Assembly (NCBI GenBank): GCA_900552085.1
Contig: URYB01000001.1
Location: forward strand, 1 to 60,413
Direction: 5' to 3'
Length of the DNA stretch: 60,413 nucleotides
From: an uncultured Lachnobacterium sp.
Lineage (GTDB): Bacteria > Bacillota > Clostridia > Lachnospirales > Lachnospiraceae
The notes beneath the pieces were generated by a model. That model had not been told where the DNA came from and ran no database searches. It worked only from the letters and a program-made list of their open reading frames with translations. Below, one piece after another: positions 48,641 to 59,808 of this stretch; the stretch's first letter is position 1; the number at the start of each line of letters is the position of its first letter. The position numbers were made by a program, and so were the translations under genes.

Positions 48641-50395
48641 TTACAGAATTTCTGCTGCAGCCGTACGAAGTTCTGCCGTGGCACGGCGGATCTCTGCGGA
48701 CTGCTCTTCTGTTACATTCCCTGGCTTGGTGTGGCTCACAAGTTTCTTCAGATAAGAAAGGCTGCTCTTGATCTGACGTTTTTTTGCCCCATCCATGCCT
48801 TTTTTCTTTTCTTTATAAACATTCTCTACCTGACGAATCAAGGTGTCGGCTTCACTCCGGCTGTCAATGTAAGCCTTACGCTGTCCGTCGGTCGCTTCAT
48901 ACTCTGCCGCCTCGCGGATGGCACGCTCGATCTCCGCATCGGAGAGATTGGAACTTGCGGTAATTGTGATTTCCTGATGTCTTCCGGTTCCCAAATCCTT
49001 TGCAGACACCTGCACAATTCCGTTTGCATCAATGTCAAATGTCACTTCAATCTGTGGCACCCCTGCCGGTGCAGCCTTAATTCCCCGCAACTGAAAACGT
49101 CCAAGTAATTTATTGTCTTTGGCAAACTGCCGCTCTCCCTGCAGAACTTTGATATCCACAGAAGTCTGGAAATTCGATGCAGTTGTAAACACTTTACTGT
49201 ACCTTGTCGGGATTGTTGTGTTACGCTCAATCAGTTTTGTGGATATTCCACCCATCGTTTCAATTGACAACGAAAGAGGAGTTACATCCATCAGAATGAT
49301 TTCTGCTGCGGAGGAACCTGCAACCAGTGCACCTCCCAACTTGCCACCCTGTACGGCTGCGCCTAAAGCTACACATTCGTCGGGATTTAAATTTCTCGAT
49401 GGTTCCCTTCCCGTAATTCTTGTAACTTCCTCGTATACGGATGGCATACGGGTAGATCCGCCGACCAGAAGAACCATACCAAGATCTGCTGCCGTAATTC
49501 CGGCATCACTTAACGCCTGCTGCACCGGACCTCGTGTACGCTCCACGAGGTCTCTTGTCAACTCATCAAATTTTGCCCGTGTGAGTGTCATTTCCATGTG
49601 CTTTGGTTCTCCTTTTACCGTAGTGATAAAAGGAAGATTGATACTGGTCGTTGAAGAGGACGATAATACTTTCTTTGCTTTTTCTGCTTCTTCCCGGACA
49701 CGCTGCATCGCGGTCGCATCTTTGCGCAGATCAATGCGTTGTGTATGAAGAAATTCCATTACAAGATAATCTGTAATGCGGGCGTCAAAGTCGTCACCTC
49801 CGAGATGATTATCTCCTGCTGTCGCAAGTACTTCGATAAGGTTGTCTCCAATCTCGATCACCGAGACATCAAATGTTCCTCCGCCAAGATCATACACAAG
49901 TATTTTCTGTGGCTGTCCATGGTCGAGTCCATATGCCAACGCCGCAGATGTCGGCTCATTGATAATACGCAGTACATTTAACCCTGCAATTCGTCCGGCA
50001 TCTTTTGTTGCCTGTCTCTGTGCATCGTTAAAATACGCCGGAACCGTAATGACTGCATCCGAAACCGTCTCTCCCAGATACTCTTCTGCATCCTTTTTCA
50101 GCTTTCGCAGAATCATGGAAGAAATTTCCTGTGGTGTATACTGTTTTCCATCAATCTTCGCACGATAATTGGTGCCCATCTCTCTCTTGATGGAGAAAAA
50201 GGTCCGGTCTACATTGACGGCCGCCTGACGCTTCGCCGTATCTCCTACCAGGCGTTCTCCATTTTTCGTAAATGCAACAACGGAAGGCGTCGTACGTGAG
50301 CCTTCCGCATTTGTGATCACAACCGGCTGGTCATTCTCCAGGACCGCAACACAGCTGTTTGTTGTTCCTAAATCTATTCCTATTACCTTACCCAA
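48641..50395 (-). CDS. Hsp70/DnaK paralog
   Basis: [30 protein letters not shown] and VGGSTR motifs; probable TTG start after GGAGG; no grpE/dnaJ neighbours. Confidence 0.9.
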   Translation of the reverse strand: MGKVIGIDLGTTNSCVAVLENDQPVVITNAEGSRTTPSVVAFTKNGERLVGDTAKRQAAVNVDRTFFSIKREMGTNYRAKIDGKQYTPQEISSMILRKLKKDAEEYLGETVSDAVITVPAYFNDAQRQATKDAGRIAGLNVLRIINEPTSAALAYGLDHGQPQKILVYDLGGGTFDVSVIEIGDNLIEVLATAGDNHLGGDDFDARITDYLVMEFLHTQRIDLRKDATAMQRVREEAEKAKKVLSSSSTTSINLPFITTVKGEPKHMEMTLTRAKFDELTRDLVERTRGPVQQALSDAGITAADLGMVLLVGGSTRMPSVYEEVTRITGREPSRNLNPDECVALGAAVQGGKLGGALVAGSSAAEIILMDVTPLSLSIETMGGISTKLIERNTTIPTRYSKVFTTASNFQTSVDIKVLQGERQFAKDNKLLGRFQLRGIKAAPAGVPQIEVTFDIDANGIVQVSAKDLGTGRHQEITITASSNLSDAEIERAIREAAEYEATDGQRKAYIDSRSEADTLIRQVENVYKEKKKGMDGAKKRQIKSSLSYLKKLVSHTKPGNVTEEQSAEIRRATAELRTAAAEIL

Positions 50396-50415
50396 GGCCG
50401 CTTCCTCCATTTCCT

Positions 50416-50440
50416 TGTACTTGCAGCCGCTGCAAGTACA
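50416..50440. promoter_or_regulatory. Perfect palindrome upstream of the Hsp70 paralog
   Basis: tgtacttgcagc-c-gctgcaagtaca (12-bp arms). Confidence 0.5.
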
Positions 50441-50546
50441 TTTATCCTATTAATAACTGTAAGTCGGCAACCGTTTTGCGTCAAGGGATTCGGACAAGAT
50501 TTCATACATTGTTTATGCTTTTTAGTATCTATTTAGAACCTCGTGC

Positions 50547-51278
50547 CTAATACCCATAAATCTCATAGATTTCTTCCGTATAGACTCCTGGCTCTTTGTA
50601 TACAATCAGCGGTTTTTCCACCGTAAGGCGGGATTTTCCGCCATGAAGTCCCTCGATCAGAACCATGTTCGGCTCCTTATCCACATATGGATATACAAGG
50701 CGCATACGTTTCGGTTCGATGCGGTATTCCACCATTTTGCTGAAAATTTCTGCCAGGCGGAACGGGCGATGTACCATGTAAAAATGCCCGCCCTGCTTTA
50801 ACATCTTTGCACTTTCCCGCAATATGTCATCCAGACTGCAAAGTACTTCATGCCGCGCAATTGTCTTGGCATCCCGGTCATTCTTAATTCCGTGGTTTCC
50901 AATCATGTATGGTGGATTTGTCGTAATCACATCAAAAGAAGATGCCCCAAATATATTTGAAGCATCTTTGATATCTCCGGTTACAATGTCAATTTTGTCT
51001 TCCAGATGATTGTAAGCAACACTGCGTTCTGCCATATCCGCACTCTCAGGCTGAATTTCCAGCCCTGTAAAATGCTCTCCTGCTGTCTTTGCTTCCAGAA
51101 GGATTGGTATGATTCCCGTTCCTGTTCCAAGGTCCAGTGCCCGTTCTCCCCGCTTTACCTTTGCAAAGCCGGAAAGAAGCACAGCATCCATTCCAAAGCA
51201 GAATCTGCCGGGATCCTGAATAATGTGGTAACCATTTCTATGCAGTTCGTCCAGCCTCTCCTGGCTATGGATTGTCAC
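50547..51278 (-). CDS. tRNA1(Val) A37 N6-methyltransferase (TrmN6/YabB-like)
   Basis: FCFGMDAVLL, LDLGTGTG, NPPY and ARHE motifs; true start is likely the GTG at 51278 (or ATG 51308). Confidence 0.87.
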   Translation of the reverse strand: MTIHSQERLDELHRNGYHIIQDPGRFCFGMDAVLLSGFAKVKRGERALDLGTGTGIIPILLEAKTAGEHFTGLEIQPESADMAERSVAYNHLEDKIDIVTGDIKDASNIFGASSFDVITTNPPYMIGNHGIKNDRDAKTIARHEVLCSLDDILRESAKMLKQGGHFYMVHRPFRLAEIFSKMVEYRIEPKRMRLVYPYVDKEPNMVLIEGLHGGKSRLTVEKPLIVYKEPGVYTEEIYEIYGY

Positions 51279-52470
51279 TTCTGTTTTGTTCTCCACGGTT
51301 TGATCCATCCTGATTATTTCTTCTGTCGTAATTTCGACGGTAGCGTCCGTTGTTTCTGTATCGGTTCTGTTCGTTGCGTTCTCCCTGATTTCCACGATCG
51401 TTGGAACGTTCAAAATCATTTCTTCGATCCCGGTTGTTCTGTCTTCTGTCTTCCCGTTCTCCTCGACTATTCTGGTTGTAACGGTCCCCACGATTATTCT
51501 GATTATAACGGTTTCCACGGTTCTGATTATCCCGCTGCTGATAATTATTGCGTGCCTGGCGCTCCGGTTTTTCTTCCTCTGCTGTCTCCGTTCCGCTATC
51601 TTCAAGGCCTTCCAATTCTTTTAATTCTTCTTCTGTCACTTTCACATCCTTACGACGCTTTGGTGTGAACTGCAGGTCATCCACCGGATACTCGATCAGT
51701 TCTTTTTCTTCGCCATTGTCCACGATGACTTTTACCAGCTGACGCAGCACATTAATACTCTGTACTTCACCTTTCATTCCACCCGGAGTCATCACATAAT
51801 CTCCTACCAGCGGCAGACGGCTGTTCAGATATTCATAGGTGTCCTGCTCGTTTTTCAGACAACACATCAGACGTCCGCAGACACCCGAAATTTTGGTCGG
51901 GTTCAATGAAAGATTCTGTTCCTTTGCCATCTTGATTGATACTGGGACAAAATCTGTAAGATATGATTTGCAGCAAAGCTCTCTTCCACAGATACCGATT
52001 CCTCCCAGCATCTTTGTCTCATCACGCACGCCAATCTGGCGCAGCTCAATGCGTGTGCGGAATACGGATGCCAGATCTTTAACAAGTTCACGGAAGTCAA
52101 TTCTTCCATCTGCGGTAAAGTAGAACAGAAGCTTATTATTGTCAAACGTATATTCTGCCGCTACAAGCTTCATTTCCAATCCGTGTTTTGCGATCTTTTC
52201 TTTGCAGATCACATAGGCTTCTGCCTCTTTTTCTTTGTTACGCTCCATGACTTTTTCATCTTCGTCCGTTGCAACACGGATAACCGGTTTCAAAGGCTGA
52301 ATCACCTTGTCATCCTCCACTTCCTTCGGTGGAATCAGAACCGTTCCCATCTCTACTCCACGGGCGGTCTCTACGATTACATGCATGGCTGTCTCCAGAT
52401 CATAATCGAGTGGATCAAAATAATATATTTTTCCAGCTCTCTGGAAACGGATTCCTACTACTTTTATCAT
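51265..52470 (-). CDS. yaaT: PSP1/YaaT (RicT) stage 0 sporulation family protein
   Basis: RIDFRELVKDLA, CGRELCC and CGRLMCCL motifs; R/N/Q low-complexity tail. Confidence 0.9.
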   Translation of the reverse strand: MIKVVGIRFQRAGKIYYFDPLDYDLETAMHVIVETARGVEMGTVLIPPKEVEDDKVIQPLKPVIRVATDEDEKVMERNKEKEAEAYVICKEKIAKHGLEMKLVAAEYTFDNNKLLFYFTADGRIDFRELVKDLASVFRTRIELRQIGVRDETKMLGGIGICGRELCCKSYLTDFVPVSIKMAKEQNLSLNPTKISGVCGRLMCCLKNEQDTYEYLNSRLPLVGDYVMTPGGMKGEVQSINVLRQLVKVIVDNGEEKELIEYPVDDLQFTPKRRKDVKVTEEELKELEGLEDSGTETAEEEKPERQARNNYQQRDNQNRGNRYNQNNRGDRYNQNSRGEREDRRQNNRDRRNDFERSNDRGNQGERNEQNRYRNNGRYRRNYDRRNNQDGSNRGEQNRSDNP

Positions 52471-52471
52471 T

Positions 52472-53461
52472 TTAATTCTCCTTAATCGTCAATAGTAGCA
52501 GCTCAATGACCAAATCGAAATTTACATTCGCATTCAAGCGGATTTTTGCTTTTTCAAGCGCTTCCAGAATGATCTCGATTCCCTGATAGGAACGCTTCGC
52601 TGCCTGTTTCTTTATGTCATAAACCTCATCTTTGAAAATAAGGCCATCTACATCGTTCGTTGCTTTCAGATACAATACATCACGGAACCAGATCATCATA
52701 AGATCAAAATAATCATTTACGCTCAGTTTGTATTCTGCGATCTGTTTTACCGCACCGGTCATCTCGTAGAGGTCGATATCCTCCAGCCGCTTCATTAGCT
52801 GCAGCACCGATGCCTTCAATTCACCAAATTCTTCGGAAGAGGCAAGCTGAATGGCTTTTCCGACATTTCCCTGTGAAAAAGCCGCGCAGATATCCGCCTG
52901 ATAATCCGGAATCTGATAATGTTTCATAAGATATTCTTTTATTCTATCTTCCTTCACCGCCTTTAAATTTAAGGTAATGCAACGGGAAAGAATGGTCTGC
53001 AGAAAACTGTCTGCATTCGTTGTCAAAAGCAGGATGATCGCATATGCCGGCGGCTCTTCGATTGTCTTGAGCAATGCATTCTGCGCCTGCTGGTTCATTT
53101 TCTGTGCCTCATCTACAATATAAACTTTGTAGCGGCTGCTGTATGGTTTGATATCTATATCGTTGTTGATCTGTGTTCGTATGTCATCTACACCAATCGT
53201 ATTTGGCTTCTCATGTGACACATAGATAATGTCCGGCTGATTGTGATCCGCCGCCTGCCTGCAGGAACGACATTCCAGACATGGTCGCTTTCCCTCTCCC
53301 TCGCACTGCAGTGCCATGGCAAACGCCTCCGCGAGCATCATTTTTCCGGATGCTTCCGGCCCATTAAAAATATACGCATGGGACACTTTATCTTCTTCAA
53401 TTGCATTCTGCAGATGCGCGATGATCTGCTCATGTCCTAAAATATCATGAAAACCTGCCAT
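52472..53461 (-). CDS. holB: DNA polymerase III delta' subunit
   Basis: HAYIF, CxxCxxC zinc motif, AQNALLKTIEEPP and TILSRC. Confidence 0.92.
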   Translation of the reverse strand: MAGFHDILGHEQIIAHLQNAIEEDKVSHAYIFNGPEASGKMMLAEAFAMALQCEGEGKRPCLECRSCRQAADHNQPDIIYVSHEKPNTIGVDDIRTQINNDIDIKPYSSRYKVYIVDEAQKMNQQAQNALLKTIEEPPAYAIILLLTTNADSFLQTILSRCITLNLKAVKEDRIKEYLMKHYQIPDYQADICAAFSQGNVGKAIQLASSEEFGELKASVLQLMKRLEDIDLYEMTGAVKQIAEYKLSVNDYFDLMMIWFRDVLYLKATNDVDGLIFKDEVYDIKKQAAKRSYQGIEIILEALEKAKIRLNANVNFDLVIELLLLTIKEN

Positions 53462-53474
53462 TTTATAACCTCCG

Positions 53475-53915
53475 TTATGTCAGAATATCAAGAAGCAATC
53501 CCTTGATCTCTCCAATACGGTCAAGAATTGCGATATGATCCTTTTCATCTTCTACCAGCTCACTGGCCAGCTCATCGAGATTCTTATCGATCAGCCGGAT
53601 GATTCCGTATACACGGTGTCTTCCCCTGCGATCCAGGAAATTCTCACGCGAAAATTTGTGGGAACGATAGACCACTTCATTGAGAAAATCCTTCACCAGT
53701 CCGCGGTATTTTTTCATATCACGGATATCCATATGCTGTGCAATGCGATTGCCCTGCGCAGTAATATCGTTTAACAACGCATCCACTTTTGCCTGCAGAT
53801 CCGCATCCGTGATAGCACTTGCCAGCGTAAACTTAAAGGATCCATCCCCTTCCACTGTCTTTGCCGCTTCCGGCACCTGACTGATCTGACTGATATCGTT
53901 TACTTTCATCTCCAT
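53475..53915 (-). CDS. yaaR: YaaR/DUF327 family protein
   Basis: [18 protein letters not shown]; sits beside holB as in Bacillus. Confidence 0.8.
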   Translation of the reverse strand: MEMKVNDISQISQVPEAAKTVEGDGSFKFTLASAITDADLQAKVDALLNDITAQGNRIAQHMDIRDMKKYRGLVKDFLNEVVYRSHKFSRENFLDRRGRHRVYGIIRLIDKNLDELASELVEDEKDHIAILDRIGEIKGLLLDILT

Positions 53916-53926
53916 AGGGAAACCTC

Positions 53927-54520
53927 TCAATCTGCAGCAATGTCGCTTCGGATATACGAAGCAACTTCCTGCACCGTCGTGTCAAAATCTTCATTCACAA
54001 AACGGGTCTCTACCCCTGCTTTTTTGAGCTTTTCTTCTGAGAAATCCGCTGCATCCGCAAGAAAACGCCGACACATTTCTTCGTATTTCGGTGTCCCCTG
54101 CCTGCGCTCTCTCTCGATGGCACGCATCAGTCGTTGTCCATCCTCCACTTCAATGTATATCGGAACAACTTTGTCCGCACCAAAATAGCTGCGCATTTTC
54201 TCATAACCTTCCAATGTCACAATATACAGATAATTCTGCGTGGCAAGATCAATATGCTCGTCTGCCACCGTAAAATATTTCCAGATTCCGTATACCGTAT
54301 CATAGGCGCGAAGTTCTATAATTCTATGTGCTTTTTCCAGCTCCTCCACCCTGGTCTCATCGCAGAAATGATATTCTCTTCCCTCGATTTCTCCCTGACG
54401 GATCGGCCGTGTCGTATAAGGAACAATCGGCAAAAGCTCCGGTTCCTGCTTCATAACTTCATGGTAAATGCTGTCTTTTCCTGATGCACTTTTTCCCATG
54501 ACACAATAAATCCGGCCCAT
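53927..54520 (-). CDS. Guanylate kinase-like protein
   Basis: GKSASGKD and [18 protein letters not shown] motifs. Confidence 0.85.
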   Translation of the reverse strand: MGRIYCVMGKSASGKDSIYHEVMKQEPELLPIVPYTTRPIRQGEIEGREYHFCDETRVEELEKAHRIIELRAYDTVYGIWKYFTVADEHIDLATQNYLYIVTLEGYEKMRSYFGADKVVPIYIEVEDGQRLMRAIERERRQGTPKYEEMCRRFLADAADFSEEKLKKAGVETRFVNEDFDTTVQEVASYIRSDIAAD

Positions 54521-54535
54521 TTTTTCTCCTCTATT

Positions 54536-55951
54536 TTAATTATAATCTATTCTCGCATTTTTCACAATGTTTATAGTGTCCGTCTCTGGCATTCCTTCCA
54601 CATCAAGGCCTACGGCCTGGCACTGTCGTACAATCTGTATCATCGGCTCTGTGAGAATCTCACCCGGCACGATCATCGGAATTCCCGGCGGATACAGATA
54701 AATATAATCTGCGGAAACCTGTCCAGCCGCTTCTTCAAGTCTGATGCATCAATGTGCCGCTTCTTCTGCCTGATACGGTTCCATCTGTTTTTCTGGCTGC
54801 CGGTAAATATCCTTCGGCGAAAAAGCCGCCTTTCCCGTATCTTCCATGCGGGCATCTATCGCGTGCAACGCATGGGACAGACGCTGGAATCCTTCTACGG
54901 TATCCATAAAAGAAGTCATGGCCACCACATAATTTCCACTTGCCATCTCCATCTGTAACGCATAATCCCGAAGCAGAATTTCCTGCAACTGCTGCCCGCT
55001 CATGCCATTCTTTGTCACAATCAGAATTTTCCCCGGATCAAAATCATATGCTTCCTCCCCGGAAAAGTCCCCTGCATCCGGTACAGCCAGATGTTTCAGG
55101 TCACGGACACTTGCACGAAAGCCGGAAAGTTTTTCAGCATACGCCGCAAACAGTTCGCTTCCACCATCCGACACCATGCGAAGACTGCTTTCAATCCCCG
55201 CCATGAGCACATAGGACGGAGAACTCGTCTCATAAATTCCGAGATACTTTTCCACTTCTTTCTCATCGATCCGGTCCGAACATAAGCATAACACTGCTGT
55301 CTGGGTAAACGCCGGCAATGTCTTATGTACACTCATAATGACAGCATCCGCATATGCCACCGCATTTTCCGGGAAAGCCTCGTGAAAGCCAAAATGCGCG
55401 CCATGCGCCTCATCCACAATGAGTGGAATGTTCCGCCGATGTACAACTTCTGCAATGCTTTTTACATCCGACACCAGACCATCATAGGTCGGCGATGTGA
55501 GCACTACCGCCTGAATGTCCGGGCACTCCGCAAGTTTCTTCTCGATTGCATTTACCGATATCTGTCCCTGAATGCCATAATGTGTATTCTCCGGGTACAC
55601 ATATTCCGGCGATAGCTGACGGAGAAAGATTGCATGGTAGACCGACTTATGGCAGTTTCTTGCCACAAGAATTTTTCCACCACGTTTCACCGATGCACTG
55701 ATTGCGGCAAGTATGCCGCAGGTACTTCCATTCACAAGATAATAGGCTTTTTTTGCGCCATACATTTTTGCAGCTGCATCTTCTGCATCCTTGATAATGC
55801 CCTCCGCGTGGTGCAGATTATCAAAATCCTCTATCTCCGTAATATCAATGGCATAGGGATTCGTGCCATCCAGCATACGTTTGTGTCCCGGCATATGAAA
55901 GGGATATCTATTCGATTGTGCCAGTTCTCTTAACTTTTCTTCCAGCATCAT
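54536..55951 (-). pseudogene. Orn/Lys/Arg decarboxylase (YaaO-like) interrupted by an in-frame TGA
   Basis: FHMPGHK, VNGST, DEAHGAH, SVHKT and TSSPSY motifs; TGA at 54749-51, then 70 more in-frame codons including YPPGIP, ending at TAA 54536-38. Confidence 0.8.
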
Positions 55952-55965
55952 TTACTCCTGTTTCA

Positions 55966-56886
55966 TTATCCGAGGAACCTTCCAAGCTCGGGCATCCAGT
56001 CATCAAAAAAAATTTCATCGGTGCAAAGGCAATGCCACAGTGGTTCAAGAAAGGTCAGAATGCGCGCAAGCGCCTCTGCCCATGGCACTGCCGCGGCTCC
56101 CTGGCTTCGCAGATAGCGCTCCCAACGTTTGCGCATGTATCCATATTCCGCATAACCGGCAATCTGCGCAATGCGGGTTTCTTTCCGCACTTTTGTCTGT
56201 TTTTCTGTAAGCCGCTGCAATTCATCGATCACATAACGTCCACTGAGCGACTGCGTGCACAGGATTTCATACGTCCGGTAATAACATCCCATATCCTGGA
56301 TCAGTTCCAGCTTTGCCATGATTTCATACAGGTCCAGGCTGATCTGGCTTTCCAGGGAATATGTAAGATATGAGATTCCTTTTCCTTTGATTGCCCGATA
56401 CTTTCTCTCCCGTGAAACCGGATGGATGTTCTCCGTGGTAATCGTATGAAAAGCCAGTACAAACGGTACTTCCATATCCTTGTAATTTCCGGTCAGATGC
56501 ACCTCATAATCGGTGCTTTTTTGTGCTATCTCCCATCGCCAGCGAATCTGCTGCGCATTTTTTTCTCCAAATACTTCTTCGATCAGATGCTCCATCATTG
56601 GAATGGATAATTTCTGCCCAGGCACAAGTTTTTCTTCGGGCCAGGAACGCTCACTTTGTTTGTATAAAAAACGGATCTGCCTTTCTGCACGGGTGAGATC
56701 TTCCCGTTCTTCCAGAAATTCATCATTCTCCAGCCACAGAATCTCTTTGTAAGAGGACTGATAAAAGCGCTGCATCATATCCTCTGCCATATAAATCCAC
56801 AATAGATTGGCAAACGGGATCTGCTGCAGCTCGCTCTGCTTTTTTAATGTGTCAGCCGCGTCACTTCCCACTTTCATTACAGCCAC
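55966..56886 (-). CDS. Degenerate AbiEii-like (nucleotidyltransferase-fold) protein
   Basis: Overlaps the AbiEi-like gene; layout resembles AbiEii (YM.E....R...S.YK, Y.LES) but catalytic motifs are absent. Confidence 0.5.
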   Translation of the reverse strand: MAVMKVGSDAADTLKKQSELQQIPFANLLWIYMAEDMMQRFYQSSYKEILWLENDEFLEEREDLTRAERQIRFLYKQSERSWPEEKLVPGQKLSIPMMEHLIEEVFGEKNAQQIRWRWEIAQKSTDYEVHLTGNYKDMEVPFVLAFHTITTENIHPVSRERKYRAIKGKGISYLTYSLESQISLDLYEIMAKLELIQDMGCYYRTYEILCTQSLSGRYVIDELQRLTEKQTKVRKETRIAQIAGYAEYGYMRKRWERYLRSQGAAAVPWAEALARILTFLEPLWHCLCTDEIFFDDWMPELGRFLG

Positions 56887-57506
56887 ACTCCAATCAGGCT
56901 TTGCACTTTGCTGACAACTTTGCGGGCTCTTGCATATTCCATGAGCATTGAGATGTCTTTCTCCTCATCCTTTATGTACGACTGAAGCGCTTCCTTGAAT
57001 ATCTCATGCTCCAGTTTTCCTTCGTATTTCAGACAGTCGCAGATCACACGCTCCTTGTCATATATGCCAAACGTCAGATCGTTGATCTCTATTTTGGCTG
57101 CGCCAAGTGCCAGCGCCTCCGGCTCCGTATAATACGGAATCACCTTCGGATAATCCATCTTAAAGCGGGATTTTGACGTATTTTTATCGACAGCCAGATG
57201 CCAGCCATATGGCTTCTGACGGATATAGCCATACGCATACAACGCACTTTCCATACACAAACACGCGTCCGGAAACAGCCGCGCAATAAGTTCCTCTTCG
57301 GAAAAACGGTCCATGCGGTCCGTATAATAACCATTTTTTATTCTTACAAGCTCTCCCGATTCCACAAAATCCAGAATCCGGCGATAATCCACTTCGATAT
57401 CTGCAAATTCCTCTTTCTTCACAATTCCCCCATGGGAATCAATCAACTTATGAACTTTTTCCAAAGCTTCCTCTGTCAATCTTGTTCTCTTACTGCTTGA
57501 AGCCAT
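56877..57506 (-). CDS. Type IV TA AbiEi-family antitoxin-like regulator
   Basis: wHTH HGGIVK..GELVRIKNGYY, ESALY and IYDKERVICDC motifs. Confidence 0.8.
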   Translation of the reverse strand: MASSSKRTRLTEEALEKVHKLIDSHGGIVKKEEFADIEVDYRRILDFVESGELVRIKNGYYTDRMDRFSEEELIARLFPDACLCMESALYAYGYIRQKPYGWHLAVDKNTSKSRFKMDYPKVIPYYTEPEALALGAAKIEINDLTFGIYDKERVICDCLKYEGKLEHEIFKEALQSYIKDEEKDISMLMEYARARKVVSKVQSLIGVWL

Positions 57507-57532
57507 CGTTTACTCCATCTCATACATACATT

Positions 57533-58933
57533 TTATTTAAATATACGGTCTTTGCGGCGGTAACGTTTTTTCTTCACTTCACGAAACCGTTCCTTTTCAT
57601 TTCTGCGCAGTTCCCATCTGTGCTGGATTCTGTAAAAATTGTCATAAAACTTCTTCGCCAGATAAATCAATACGATCAGCAGCGCCAGCGCCAGTATCCC
57701 CAGAACAATATGCACAGGTTTGATCCATATCACGCGCCCCTCGCCTTTTTGATCACTTTTTTTATTCTGTGAAAAATAACTGTTGTCAACTTTTGCTCCG
57801 GTCGTTACGATTGCTGCACTTCCCACCACGCGGTCCGCATACGTATATTTTAGCTTTGCAACCGTGCCTGTCCCTGCAATTTCTTTGTCCTCTTCGAATT
57901 TTGCATCCGAAAATTCCGCAGTCTTTGGCATAATGATATATGCGTCCTTGTCCAGTTTTACGAAAGACGAATTTGTATTCTGCAATCCGGTACTTTTGGT
58001 ATCGCTGGTAAGACTGGATTCATTTTCCAAAATATTCAGCGCCTTAAAATTGTCGAAACAATAATCAAACAGTTTGCGGGTATCTGTGTAGTGGTATGGC
58101 TTTTCATCCTTCATCACAACACATACCAACGTAATTCCATCCTTTTCTGCAAAAGAAACCAACGTATTACGCGCCACATCCGTGTACCCCGTCTTGCCAC
58201 CGGTACAGTAATCATACAGATGGGAAGCGTCCCCCTGCCACGGATAAATCATCTTGTGATGGTTATGGCAGTAATACGGCTCCTTGCATTTGTTCGTCTT
58301 TGGAATCGTATAACTTGTGCTGCCGCATACAGTACGGAATGTCTCATTCTTGTATGCTTCGGCAGAAATCAGTGCCATATCATACGCACAGACATAATGT
58401 TCTTCGTCCGGCAGACCATTGCAGTTGTTGAAATGCGTGTTCACACATCCGAGTTCCTTTGCCCGCTCGTTCATCAGATCAATAAATGTACGGTAATCAC
58501 CACCGAGTTTTTCGCCTATATGCTCCGCGAGTGCATAGGCACATTCATTTGCAGATTCAAGCATGACCGCATAAATACATTGCTCAACGGTCAGCTTTTC
58601 CCCGAGATTTCTGGAAATATGCGATGTATTTCCCTCATTTTTGAATACGGCGTCCTCCGAGAAGGTTACCTTTTCGTCCATATCACAATTTTCTATGGCA
58701 AGCAGCGTTGTCATAATCTTTGTAATACTCGCCGGAAAACGCTTGGTATGACTCTTTTTCTCATATAGAATCGTTCCCGTATTGACTTCCATGACAATGG
58801 CACTCTTTGCTTCTACGGACGGTCCCTTTGGCCAGTATTCCTTGGCATATGTGGTCTGCGGAATTCCTGTGATCACCATGGTCACTGCAAAAAGCGCAGC
58901 GACAACCCGCTTCCATGTTTTTTTCATCTTCAT
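57533..58933 (-). CDS. D-alanyl-D-alanine carboxypeptidase (peptidase S11)
   Basis: PASITK, SAN and GGKTG motifs; signal peptide and C-terminal TM. Confidence 0.93.
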   Translation of the reverse strand: MKMKKTWKRVVAALFAVTMVITGIPQTTYAKEYWPKGPSVEAKSAIVMEVNTGTILYEKKSHTKRFPASITKIMTTLLAIENCDMDEKVTFSEDAVFKNEGNTSHISRNLGEKLTVEQCIYAVMLESANECAYALAEHIGEKLGGDYRTFIDLMNERAKELGCVNTHFNNCNGLPDEEHYVCAYDMALISAEAYKNETFRTVCGSTSYTIPKTNKCKEPYYCHNHHKMIYPWQGDASHLYDYCTGGKTGYTDVARNTLVSFAEKDGITLVCVVMKDEKPYHYTDTRKLFDYCFDNFKALNILENESSLTSDTKSTGLQNTNSSFVKLDKDAYIIMPKTAEFSDAKFEEDKEIAGTGTVAKLKYTYADRVVGSAAIVTTGAKVDNSYFSQNKKSDQKGEGRVIWIKPVHIVLGILALALLIVLIYLAKKFYDNFYRIQHRWELRRNEKERFREVKKKRYRRKDRIFK

Positions 58934-59158
58934 CTATAATAACCTCTGCTCTTTCTTTCCTTTTTGTAATCGGTTCTGAATTTCTATTCTTTCATTAAAA
59001 ATTATAAGCGCAAAAAACCGATATCGCAACATTTTTTCCGCTGTACGGCAAATATAAATGTAAATATATGCTGCAAAATACACACAAAAATCATAGAATC
59101 CCCGCGTATATTATGCTATGATATGAAATATAAACACTAAACTAAGGGAGAGATATTT

Positions 59159-59800
59159 ATGAGACTTCGCAATATTCCGGGCGCAAACGAAGCGGTGGCT
59201 TCAAGCCCTTATTGTATACAAAATCCATCGGAACATCGTGGACAATGGCATGCATTTCTGCAGTCCGCATCCCCGATTCATGTGGAAATCGGCATGGGAA
59301 AAGGCCGTTTTCTGATGGATCTGGCAGAACAGAATCCGGATATCCAGTATATCGGAATTGAACGGTACACCAGTGTACTGCTGCGCGCCGTACAGAAAAT
59401 GGACGAGCTGCAGCTTCCTAATGTCCACTTCATCTGTGAGGATGCCGCAAAACTGCCGGAAGTATTCGCACAGGCAGAAGTTGACCGCATTTATCTGAAT
59501 TTTTCGGACCCATGGCCAAAGGATCGGCACGCAAAACGCCGTCTGACCTCCCGTCAGTTTCTGGAGCGCTACGACCAGTTCCTTGCACCGGACGGCCGGA
59601 TTGAATTCAAGACCGACAATCAGGATCTGTTTACTTTTTCAGTAGAGGAAATTGAAGAATCTCCGATTTGGAATCTGGATGCATCTACCAGAGATCTGCA
59701 TCATGATTCAAAGATGAATGAAGGTAATATTATGACTGAATATGAAGAGAAATTTTCTTCTATGGGAAATCCAATCTGTAAATTGATTGCATCACGTTAA
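59159..59800 (+). CDS. trmB: tRNA (guanine-N7)-methyltransferase
   Basis: EIGMGKG, NFSDPWPK, KTD and TEYEEKF motifs. Confidence 0.96.
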   Translation: MRLRNIPGANEAVASSPYCIQNPSEHRGQWHAFLQSASPIHVEIGMGKGRFLMDLAEQNPDIQYIGIERYTSVLLRAVQKMDELQLPNVHFICEDAAKLPEVFAQAEVDRIYLNFSDPWPKDRHAKRRLTSRQFLERYDQFLAPDGRIEFKTDNQDLFTFSVEEIEESPIWNLDASTRDLHHDSKMNEGNIMTEYEEKFSSMGNPICKLIASR

Positions 59801-59808
59801 AATTAAAT

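Noticed and set aside
51279..51605. 109-aa N-terminal extension of the methyltransferase ORF
   Set aside because: An open frame created by the low-complexity tail of the overlapping yaaT gene; homology starts near VTIHSQERLDEL
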